Assembly: GCA_003567855.1 (NCBI GenBank)
Contig: PWYM01000267.1
Span: forward strand, 1 to 60,264
Direction of reading: 5' to 3'
DNA from: Gammaproteobacteria bacterium
GTDB taxonomy: Bacteria; Pseudomonadota; Gammaproteobacteria; Steroidobacterales; PWYM01
Length of the DNA stretch: 60,264 nucleotides
The position numbers were made by a program, and so were the translations under genes. The notes under the pieces were generated by a model. The model was not told the DNA's origin. It saw nothing but the letters and a program-made list of their open reading frames with translations, and made no database searches. This document shows, piece by piece, positions 51,993-60,264 of the stretch. Every line of letters begins with the position of its first letter. The first letter of the stretch is position 1.

Positions 51993-53018
51993 ATGGTGGC
52001 TACATTGATTCGTCGCGGCGAGCACGCCGGTGCAGAGGTGGGCGACGAGCGGCTGCTCCGCCTCTACTGGAATCGTGCCGAGGTCAAGAAAGAACTCGCA
52101 CGACTCCGGCGCGAGCGCCATGAACTGCTCGAACGCGTCAGCGACCGCGAGGCCGACACCCAGCGGGTCAAGGAACAGCTCGAGTCGCTGGAGCGCCTGC
52201 TCGCCGATCGCCATGCCGCGGCCGGCGCCATTGTGCATTTCCAGTTGCGCCACCTCTGGCGTACCGCCTCCGACAAGGTTCGCCGCTTTGGTGGTGAACT
52301 CGCCGAAAAACAGGAGCGGCGGGAGGGCGAGCGGCTTGAGGCCGAATTCCGGCGCCGCCAGAGCCTGCTTATCGTCGACCTGGACCGCCAGGCCCGTACC
52401 GCGGAGACCGAACTCACCGACCTGGAGCAGCGCGTGGAGGCGCTGCGGCGCCTGCAGGCCGGCCTGCCGTTCTGGCGTGTGCTGCGCCGCCGGGAGCTGC
52501 GCCACCAGCTCGACGGGCTGGAAACCCGGCTCGCCGAGCAGCGCGGCGAGCACGAAAGCCTGCGACGCCAGCGCCAGGTGCTCGTCGAGGAGCCCTGCCC
52601 GGAATTTCCCGGCCTGTCGCTTGAAAGCCGTCGCCTGCTCAACCTGGCCATCATCGCCATGGCGCAGGAACTGGTGCTGTTTTTCAGCGCCGAAGACGTG
52701 GCGGTACGCGCCCGCGCGGCGATGACCGAGGACGTGCGCAACGCCGACTACGGCGCGCGAGAGGTGTGCGAGCGGCTTTCCCGTCACGTGGACGAACGGC
52801 TGGCCGCGCTCGCTGACGCCGGAGATATCAACGCACGCGTCAAGCGACGCACCGAGTTCCTGCGCACCAGCGTCGAGTACCGTCGAGAAGACGAGAGCGT
52901 TCCACTCGCGCAGTCGTTGTCGGAAATCCCGCAGCGCCCGCTCGCCTCCGAGAAGGATTGCATCGCCGTCAACGTGCTTGCCGACGAGTACTGGGACCTC
53001 TACGAAGCGCTGCACTGA
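51993..53018 (+). CDS. Hypothetical coiled-coil protein
   Basis: Long uninterrupted ORF with GC3-rich codons; extended E/R/L heptad segments; no recognisable catalytic motif. Confidence 0.7.
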   Translation: MVATLIRRGEHAGAEVGDERLLRLYWNRAEVKKELARLRRERHELLERVSDREADTQRVKEQLESLERLLADRHAAAGAIVHFQLRHLWRTASDKVRRFGGELAEKQERREGERLEAEFRRRQSLLIVDLDRQARTAETELTDLEQRVEALRRLQAGLPFWRVLRRRELRHQLDGLETRLAEQRGEHESLRRQRQVLVEEPCPEFPGLSLESRRLLNLAIIAMAQELVLFFSAEDVAVRARAAMTEDVRNADYGAREVCERLSRHVDERLAALADAGDINARVKRRTEFLRTSVEYRREDESVPLAQSLSEIPQRPLASEKDCIAVNVLADEYWDLYEALH

Positions 53019-53076
53019 CCGGGCGGCATCACTCTGTTAGCATCCGGGCTCAGACCCTGTCACCCGGAGAGCGCGC

Positions 53077-53679
53077 GTGAATCGACCCGTATCCGCAAGT
53101 CCAGCTCCAGTGCCGCGCCGCGGCCTGTTCGTCACAGCTGCAGCCGCCGCCGTGTTCACGGTCGCCTGCGCCGATTCCGGTGGCTCCGCGAGTGATGGCG
53201 CCGGAGCGGCCACGATCCAGTCGGCGAGCGTGCGGTTCCATGACGCGGACGAACGGTCCATCGGCGAAGCCCGATTGACCGAAGGCCCGAACGGCGTCCT
53301 GATCGACCTCGAGCTCGACGGGCTGCCGCCGGGCTTCAAGGCGATTCACATCCACGATACGGGCACCTGCGATGACCACCACGACGGCTTTCAGGCCTCG
53401 GGCGGCCACCTCAATCCGGACGGGCGCCAGCACGGGCTGATGAACCCCGAAGGGCCCGACGCCGGGGACTTCCCCAACATCTACGTGCACGACGACGGAC
53501 GGGTGTACGCCCAGCTGTTCACGCCTTACGCGTCGCTTGGCGGTGCGGGCGGACGCGCGTGGATTCTCGACGAATCCGGTGCCGCGCTGGTGATACACGA
53601 AAACCCCGACGATCACTACACCCAGCCCATCGGCGGCGCCGGCGCGCGTATCGCCTGCGGCGTGGTCGAGGCCGACTGA
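53077..53679 (+). CDS. sodC: Cu/Zn superoxide dismutase family lipoprotein
   Basis: Lipobox TVAC; IHIH, GGH.NP, HG, GD.PN, VIHE..DD, GARIACG. Confidence 0.9.
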   Translation: MNRPVSASPAPVPRRGLFVTAAAAAVFTVACADSGGSASDGAGAATIQSASVRFHDADERSIGEARLTEGPNGVLIDLELDGLPPGFKAIHIHDTGTCDDHHDGFQASGGHLNPDGRQHGLMNPEGPDAGDFPNIYVHDDGRVYAQLFTPYASLGGAGGRAWILDESGAALVIHENPDDHYTQPIGGAGARIACGVVEAD

Positions 53680-53686
53680 GGCCCGC

Positions 53687-56600
53687 TCAGGCCAGCGGGG
53701 CGGGGCGGCCTAGGCGGCCGACGCGCCGTGACCATGCAGCGGTGTCGTCGAGCAGGCTGTAGACGTAGGGCACCACCACCAGCGACACCAGCGTCGAGAA
53801 CAGCAGGCCGCCGATGATCGCGCGCGCCATAGGGTAGTAGGGCGGGCCGTCACCGCCGACCTGGGTCGTGCCGAGCGCGAGCGGCGCGAGCCCCAGCACC
53901 GTTGTCGCGACCGTCATCAGTATGGGGCGCAGCCTGTTGCGACCGCCGGTGAGGATTGCCTCCAGCCGCGGCAGTCCCTCGCGACGCAGGTTGTTGATGT
54001 GGTCTACAAGCACGATGCCGTTGTTCACGACGATGCCCATCAGGATCATGATTCCTATCGAGGCCATGAACGAAAAGGTCGTGCCCGTCAGCGCGAAGAA
54101 CACGAGTACACCGACGATCGAGAACGCGATCGAAACCAGTATGCTCAACGGGTGGATCGCTGATTCGAACAGTGCCGCCATCACGATGAATATCAGCACC
54201 ACCGCAAGCAGCAGGCTCTGAAAGATGATGGCCTGGCTCTGGTCGGTACGCTCGAGTCCGCGCCCGAAACGCCAGTCGTACCCCGGCGGCAGCTCGAATT
54301 CTTCCATGACTTCGCGCACGCGTGGCCGAATCTCTTCGGCGGAGACGCCGTGGGGCAGCACACCGGTGAGCGTCACCGCGGTCTCGCGATCGACGCGGCG
54401 GATCGCGCGCGGCGCCGGCACGGTTTCGAATGCCGCAAGACTGCCGAGCGTGACCCGATCACCGTCGGGCGTATACAGCGGCAGCCGGGCGAGATCCTCG
54501 AGGCTTTGGCGGTCAGACTCGCGGTAGGCGAGGCGGACGGCGATTTCGCCTTGGTCGCCCCGGTATTCTCGAAGCCGGTCACCGCGCAGCGCCACGCGGA
54601 TCGCGTCGGCGATGTCGCGGTTGCCGAGGCCGGCGCGCGCAGCGCGCTCGGCGTCGATCGAGATGCGGACCTCGCGTTCACCTGAGCCCAGGTCGGCATT
54701 CAGATTTTCGAAGATATCGAGGGCCAGCAGCCGGCGCCGCAGTTCCGGCACGAGGTCTGCGAGCACGTCGGTCGAATCACCACGCACGATCATCTGGAAG
54801 CCGTCACCGCCGCCCTGCTGTTCGAACTGGAAGCTCGGTTCCCCGATCGCAATGGTGGGCAGTCCGGCCTGGATTTCGCGGATCACCTCGGCGGTCGGCA
54901 CGCGCTTGCCGGGCCCTTCTCGCAGCAGGATCGTCGATTCGGCGCGGCCCTCGTCATAGAAGCTGTATACCGACTCGATGTCCAGGCGGTCGCGGTTGTC
55001 GAGCAGGTAGGCCTCGACGCGCTCCACCGCCGAGGCGACCCGATCGAGCGAGTGGATGCCCTGCACGTGATAGGGCATGAATAGGCGCCGCGAACTTTCC
55101 TGCGGAAATGCATCGAAGGTGATGAATCGCGGCGGGAGGACCAGCCCGGCGACGAGGATCGAAAGCACGACCACGCCGGTCCAGACACGTCGGCGCAGTG
55201 CCAGCGCGAGCGCGCGCGCGTACAGGTCCGACAGGCGCAGCAGCCAGCCTCCGGCTCGCGGCGGTGGCGGCGTCGGCAGCCGCGCGGCAAGCATCGGGAT
55301 CAGCGTCTGGGCGATCAACAGCGACGCAATGACCGCGACGGTGATCGTGACGGCGACGTGGGTCAGGAATATCGTGATGTCGACCTTCTCGCCGAAGGCG
55401 ATGGGCGCGAACACCGCAATGGTCGTCGCCGTGCCGGCGATCACCGCAAGCCCGACCTCCCGCACGCCGGCAATGCTTGCGCCGTGTGGGTCTTCGGGGG
55501 CCGCCTGGCGATAGCGCGCGATGCTCTCCGTGACGACGACGGAGTTGTCGACGAGCATGCCGATCGCCAGCATCAGGCCCATCATGCTCAGGATGTTCAG
55601 CGAAATGCCCGCGAAGTACATCGCTGCGAGCGTGATCAGCAGTGCGAACGGGACCGACAGCGTCACCAGCAGGGTCATGCGCCACTGGCGCAGGAAGACG
55701 TACAGCACCGCGAGCGCCAGCAGCGCACCGATGAGCCCCGCCTGCAGCAGGTCGGTGAGTGACTGGCGGATGCTGGTCGCCTGGTTGTCCAGGTCGAAAA
55801 TCTGTATGCCCTGCATTTCGGGCAGCTCACCGATGCGCGCGAGTTCGTCACGCACACGGTCGGCGACCTCCACGATGTTTGCCCCCGGCGTGCGGTAGAT
55901 GTTGAGCGCGGCCGCGTAGGTCCCGTTGAGACGGCGCCCGTAGCTGCGATCGGGCGCGCGCAGCGCGATCTCGGCGACGTCGCCGAGGCGCAGTCCGGCG
56001 GCATTGAGCGCCAGCTCACGGATGTCGTCGAGGCTCGTGAACTGGCCTGCCGGACGTACCGCGAAGCGCATGCCGTCGGCGCTGATGCGTCCGGCGCTGA
56101 CGGCGAAGTTGCTGCGCTCCAGGCGGTGGCGCAGGTCACCAAGTGCGAGTCCGTGCGCAGCGACGCGATCGGCGTCGAGCAGGATGCGGATCTCGTCGGG
56201 TTCCACGCCCTGCAGATCCACGCGGGAGACGCCCTCGAGGCGTTCGATGCGACGCTTCACGCTGCGGTCGAGGAGTTCGAACTCGCCCGAGATGTCGCGG
56301 TCGCCCGAGAAACGCAGCACCATGATCGGTTGGTCGCCGGTAGACCCGGTGTAGATCTGGATCCGGCGCAGGTCGGCGGGCAGCCGGTCGCGGATCGCCT
56401 CCACCCTGGCGCGCGCGTCGATGCCCGCGGTGGTCATGTCGTGGTCCCAGCCGAACTCCATCATCACTTCGACGCGGCTTTCACGGCTGGTCGACGTCAT
56501 CGATCGCAGTCCGGGCAGCGTTGCCAGGACTTCCTCGACGGGGCGCGTGATCTCGCGTTCGACCTCGGCCGGCGTGGAGCCCTCGTAGGGAATGACGACG

Positions 56601-56737
56601 AACATGCCGGGCCAGTCGATGTCCGGAAAGCGCTCCAGCGGCAGCAGTCGGCCCGACAGCAGGCCGATCACCGCGACCGCGGCAAACACCATCAGGCAGG
56701 CGACGGGGCGCCGCAGTGCAAGCTCGGTGTGCCTCAT
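53687..56737 (-). CDS. RND efflux permease (AcrB/AcrD/AcrF family), second subunit
   Basis: A..RP start, AIGMLVDNSVVV, LFES, GIVVNNGIVL, RLRPILMT, IIGGL. Confidence 0.92.
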   Translation of the reverse strand: MRHTELALRRPVACLMVFAAVAVIGLLSGRLLPLERFPDIDWPGMFVVIPYEGSTPAEVEREITRPVEEVLATLPGLRSMTSTSRESRVEVMMEFGWDHDMTTAGIDARARVEAIRDRLPADLRRIQIYTGSTGDQPIMVLRFSGDRDISGEFELLDRSVKRRIERLEGVSRVDLQGVEPDEIRILLDADRVAAHGLALGDLRHRLERSNFAVSAGRISADGMRFAVRPAGQFTSLDDIRELALNAAGLRLGDVAEIALRAPDRSYGRRLNGTYAAALNIYRTPGANIVEVADRVRDELARIGELPEMQGIQIFDLDNQATSIRQSLTDLLQAGLIGALLALAVLYVFLRQWRMTLLVTLSVPFALLITLAAMYFAGISLNILSMMGLMLAIGMLVDNSVVVTESIARYRQAAPEDPHGASIAGVREVGLAVIAGTATTIAVFAPIAFGEKVDITIFLTHVAVTITVAVIASLLIAQTLIPMLAARLPTPPPPRAGGWLLRLSDLYARALALALRRRVWTGVVVLSILVAGLVLPPRFITFDAFPQESSRRLFMPYHVQGIHSLDRVASAVERVEAYLLDNRDRLDIESVYSFYDEGRAESTILLREGPGKRVPTAEVIREIQAGLPTIAIGEPSFQFEQQGGGDGFQMIVRGDSTDVLADLVPELRRRLLALDIFENLNADLGSGEREVRISIDAERAARAGLGNRDIADAIRVALRGDRLREYRGDQGEIAVRLAYRESDRQSLEDLARLPLYTPDGDRVTLGSLAAFETVPAPRAIRRVDRETAVTLTGVLPHGVSAEEIRPRVREVMEEFELPPGYDWRFGRGLERTDQSQAIIFQSLLLAVVLIFIVMAALFESAIHPLSILVSIAFSIVGVLVFFALTGTTFSFMASIGIMILMGIVVNNGIVLVDHINNLRREGLPRLEAILTGGRNRLRPILMTVATTVLGLAPLALGTTQVGGDGPPYYPMARAIIGGLLFSTLVSLVVVPYVYSLLDDTAAWSRRVGRLGRPAPLA

Positions 56738-59700
56738 GTCCGTGCCTCCTGCACGCCGCCGGTGGTCGCCGCGGCGGGTTGTCCGGCGCCCGCGAGCAGG
56801 GAGTAGACCACCGGGATCACCACCAGCGTCAGCAGCGTCGCGGTCAGCAGCCCGCCGATCACCGCGATCGCCATCGGCGCGCGCACTTCGGCGCCTTCGC
56901 CGAAGCCCAGCGCCATCGGCAGCAGCCCCAGCGCGGTCGTCATCGTCGTCATCAGGATCGGCCGCAGCCTGGCGCGGGTCGCGTCGCGTATCGCCTGCAT
57001 CTTTTCCACGCCGCGGTCGCGCAGCTGGTTGATGAAGTCGACCAACACGATCGCATTGTTGACAACGATCCCGGTGAGCATGATCACGCCTATGAAGGCG
57101 ACCACGCTCAGCGTAGTACCGGTCAGCCACAGCGCGAGCACCACGCCGACCAGCGCCAGCGGGATCGTGAACAGGATCACGAAGGGGTGGACCAGGGACT
57201 CGAACTTCGACGCCATCACGAGGTAGACGAGGAACACGGCCATCAGCAGCGAGAACTGCATCGAACCCAGCGCTTCGCGCATTTCCTCCGTCTGGCCGGT
57301 GATGCGCAGCGACACCCCCTCGGGTAGCGGCACCGACGAGAGCAGCGCCTCGGCGGCCACCACGGCGCTGCCCAGATCGCCGCGCTCGATGCCGGCCGAG
57401 ACGGTCGCCGCACGCGACTGGTCGACGCGCCGGATCTCGGCCGGGCCCGGCATGACCCGGATATCGGCGACCGCCTCCAGGGGGACGGGGCGGGCCGAGT
57501 TCGGGTTCATGATGAGGTTGCGCAGTTCGGCGATGGAGGTGTTGCGCGCATCCACGCTGCGCACGAGCACATCGATCTCGCGATCACGCCACGTGTAGCG
57601 GGTCGCCACGTCGCCACGCACGTTCGCGACGACGCGGTCGGCCACGTCGCGCACCACGAGGCCGAGCTGCGCGGCACGCGCGTGGTCGAACACCACCTGC
57701 AGCTCCGGGTTGCCGGTTTCGACGCTCGACCTGATGTCGGCAAAACGGTCATCGCCGGCGAGCGTGGCGGCGACAGCCGACGCGGTGACCGCCAGCGCGT
57801 CGAGGTCGTGTCCGGAAATTTCAACCTCCAGTGGGGTCGCGAAGCTCAGGATCTCGGGTCGCCGGAATTCGTAGTCCACGCCGGGAATCCGATCGAGCTC
57901 GGTACGCATCCGGCGCATCGCCGCGTCTTCGTCGGCACGCGTCGTGCCGCGCGCCAGGCGTACGTGCAGCGTGCCGGTATGTTCACCGGCGTCCACCGGA
58001 TTGGCGTCGAGGCGGTGGCCGGTGCCCGCGGCCGAATAGGTCAGCGTCACCCCGTCGACGGCGGCGGCGGCGCGCTGCGCCCCCTGTATCGCGCGGTCGG
58101 TCTGGGCGAGCGACGCGCCCGGTCGCAACCGGATGTCGACCGCGAACTCGCCCTGCGAAAGCTGTGGCACCAGCTCGGTGCCGAGTCGCGGTACCAGCAG
58201 CATCGTGCCCGCGAACACCGCGGCGGCCGTGACGACGACCACGCCCCGGCGTCGCAGTGACGCATCGAGCAGCGGGACATACACGTATTCGGCGACGCGC
58301 AGGAACCCCTGGCAGGGCCGCACCAGCAGCACCCGGGCCAACGCACGCACCCCGCGGGCGCCGAAACGCAGCGGCCTGCGCAGCTGTCGCAGCAGCCAGC
58401 CCACGGCCCGCGTACCGCGACCCGGCGGGCTCTCGGGCTCCGGCGGCAGCGTCGTGCCACGCCGGGCACCGGCCGACGCGAGCATCGGCAGCAGCGTCAG
58501 TGCGACGAGCAGCGACAGCAACAGCGCAAAGGTGACCGTCAGCGCCTGGTCGCGGAACAGCTGGCCGGCGATGCCGGTGACGAACACCATCGGGAAGAAC
58601 ACCGCGACGGTGGTCAGCGTCGCCGCGGTGACTGCGCCGGCGACCTCGCGGGTGCCCTCGCGCGCCGCGGTCAGCAGGTCGTCGCCGTTTTCCCGGCGAC
58701 GCGTGATGTTTTCCAGCACGACGATGGAGTTGTCGACGAGCAGTCCGATCGCGAGCGCGATACCACCCAGTGACATGATGTTCAGCGTCAGTCCGGATGC
58801 GAACATCAGCAGGAAGCTGCCGACGACCGAGACCGGTATCGCAAGCCCGATCACCACCGTCGCGCGCAGATCGCGCAGAAAGCCATAGAGCAGCAGTACC
58901 GCGAGTACGCCACCGATGAGTGCTGCCGACTGGACCTGGTGGATCGCCGATGCAATGAAGACCGACTGGTCATTGACGATCGTCAGTCGCACGTTGTCGG
59001 GCAGTTCCCGGCGCAGTGCCTCCACGCGCTCGTGCACGGCCGCTGCCGTACGCACCGTATTCGCATCGCCCTCCCGGTAGAGGCCGAGCTCGATGCTTTC
59101 CCGCCCGTCGACCCGGGTGATGGTCTCGCGTTCGCGGTGGCCGCGGGTCACCTCGGCGACGTCGCGAAGGTAGACGGGCTGGCGATCACGCACTGCGATG
59201 ATTGCACCGGCCATGTCGTCCACGGTGCGGAACTCGTTGACCGTGCGCACCAGGAAGCGCTCGACCCCCTGTTCGAGCCGGCCGCCGGACAGATTGACGT
59301 TTTCAGCCCTCAGCCGCGCCGCGACCGTCTCTACTGACAGGCCTAGCTGCGACAGGCGCTGCTGGTCGGCGAGCACGTGGATCTCCTCCTCGAGACCACC
59401 GCTGACGTGGACCGCGGCAACACCGCCGACGGATTCGAGTCGCCGCTTGATCTGCTCTTCGGCGTAGGTGCGCAGGACCTGCAGCCGTTCGTCAGGGTCA
59501 CGGTATTCGAGCAGCCCGTTCGCTGTACTGCGGACCTCATCGTCATCGGCGGCGATCGCGAGCCGCATGATCGGCTCACTCGCGGGGTCGAATCTGAGCA
59601 GCAGCGGGCGGCGCGCCTCGAGCGGCAGTTCGAGTACGTCGAGTTTCTCGCGCACCTCGATGCCGGCGACGTCCATGCGTGTGCCCCACGCGAACTCGAG

Positions 59701-59976
59701 CGTCACGTCCGACTGCTCGGCGCGCGAGACCGAACGCACCCGTCGAACGCCGCTGACCACGCCCACGGCGTCCTCCACCGCGCGCGTCAGAAGCGTCTCG
59801 ACCTCCTGCGGTGCCGCCCCCGGCAGTTCGGTGCGCACCGTGAGGGTCGGGTACGCGAGATCGGGCAGCAGCGTCACCGCGAGCCGTGACAGCGCAACCA
59901 GCCCGAACAGCACCAGCGCGAAGGTGAACATGGCCACCGTCACGGGCCGATCGGTGGCGACATCGATGAGCTTCAT
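56734..59976 (-). CDS. RND efflux permease (AcrB/AcrD/AcrF family), first subunit
   Basis: RPV, AIGLLVDNSIVVLEN, FES..HP, GIVVNNAIVL, RLRPILMT, VIGGL. Confidence 0.93.
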   Translation of the reverse strand: MKLIDVATDRPVTVAMFTFALVLFGLVALSRLAVTLLPDLAYPTLTVRTELPGAAPQEVETLLTRAVEDAVGVVSGVRRVRSVSRAEQSDVTLEFAWGTRMDVAGIEVREKLDVLELPLEARRPLLLRFDPASEPIMRLAIAADDDEVRSTANGLLEYRDPDERLQVLRTYAEEQIKRRLESVGGVAAVHVSGGLEEEIHVLADQQRLSQLGLSVETVAARLRAENVNLSGGRLEQGVERFLVRTVNEFRTVDDMAGAIIAVRDRQPVYLRDVAEVTRGHRERETITRVDGRESIELGLYREGDANTVRTAAAVHERVEALRRELPDNVRLTIVNDQSVFIASAIHQVQSAALIGGVLAVLLLYGFLRDLRATVVIGLAIPVSVVGSFLLMFASGLTLNIMSLGGIALAIGLLVDNSIVVLENITRRRENGDDLLTAAREGTREVAGAVTAATLTTVAVFFPMVFVTGIAGQLFRDQALTVTFALLLSLLVALTLLPMLASAGARRGTTLPPEPESPPGRGTRAVGWLLRQLRRPLRFGARGVRALARVLLVRPCQGFLRVAEYVYVPLLDASLRRRGVVVVTAAAVFAGTMLLVPRLGTELVPQLSQGEFAVDIRLRPGASLAQTDRAIQGAQRAAAAVDGVTLTYSAAGTGHRLDANPVDAGEHTGTLHVRLARGTTRADEDAAMRRMRTELDRIPGVDYEFRRPEILSFATPLEVEISGHDLDALAVTASAVAATLAGDDRFADIRSSVETGNPELQVVFDHARAAQLGLVVRDVADRVVANVRGDVATRYTWRDREIDVLVRSVDARNTSIAELRNLIMNPNSARPVPLEAVADIRVMPGPAEIRRVDQSRAATVSAGIERGDLGSAVVAAEALLSSVPLPEGVSLRITGQTEEMREALGSMQFSLLMAVFLVYLVMASKFESLVHPFVILFTIPLALVGVVLALWLTGTTLSVVAFIGVIMLTGIVVNNAIVLVDFINQLRDRGVEKMQAIRDATRARLRPILMTTMTTALGLLPMALGFGEGAEVRAPMAIAVIGGLLTATLLTLVVIPVVYSLLAGAGQPAAATTGGVQEART

Positions 59977-59991
59977 GGTTGCCGCCCCGGA

Positions 59992-60264
59992 TCAGGAGTC
60001 GAGGTCGGCCGTGTCGCCGATCAGTTCGACGCGGGCACCGTCACGCAGGCCGCTCTGGCCGACGATGACGACGCGGTCGCCGGGCTCGAGTCCGTCGACG
60101 ACCTGGACGCGGTCGCCGCTGGCATAGCCCGTGGTGATGCGCTGCCGCTCGGCCGTTCCGTCGTTGATCCGGAACACCGCGTCGGCCCCGTCGCCGTCGA
60201 GCAGCGCGACGCGAGGAATCAGCAGCGCGTCGGGGCGGCTGTCGTAGATCACCGAGACCCGGCC
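59992..60264 (-). CDS. RND periplasmic adaptor (MFP), C-terminal part only
   Basis: LLIP..AL, V.V..GL..GD.VV..GQ..LRDG C-terminal MFP pattern; runs off the window edge. Confidence 0.85.
   Translation of the reverse strand, partial: GRVSVIYDSRPDALLIPRVALLDGDGADAVFRINDGTAERQRITTGYASGDRVQVVDGLEPGDRVVIVGQSGLRDGARVELIGDTADLDS

Overview
High-GC (roughly two-thirds G+C by eye) gammaproteobacterial chromosome segment. It has two core blocks. The left block carries class I fba, mlaFEDCB with a convergent mlaA, bepA, PIN-PhoH, bcp, gcvR, dapA, a mini-BamC-like lipoprotein and tRNA-Ser(GGA). The right block carries SRP RNA, dnaX-ybaB-recR-HIT, rsgA/orn, a sigma54 two-component pair, ppsA/ppsR, pgm, sodC and two tandem RND permeases. 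Between them lie about 26 kb of accessory genes (10.9-36.7 kb), with no integrase, transposase or CRISPR visible. The most interesting element is an 11-kb cluster (18549-29605): tandem-HxlR regulator; atypical carotenoid-cleavage-oxygenase-family enzyme, MFS, SDR and acyl-CoA ligase; then TonB-dependent receptor, SnoaL/NTF2 protein, SDR and DUF1295. Its two apparent operons are each preceded by the same 18-bp motif (TGGTT-N7-GCAAGT), which suggests a co-regulated uptake and cleavage pathway for an unknown olefinic or isoprenoid lipid. Other candidates are a TPR/2OG-Fe(II) oxygenase paired with a Cys-rich TonB receptor, an outer-membrane barrel with a BCCT transporter and lipoprotein, and an apparently orphan sigma54 activator with a perfect 14-bp inverted repeat. 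All family calls come from motif recognition by eye; no searches were run.
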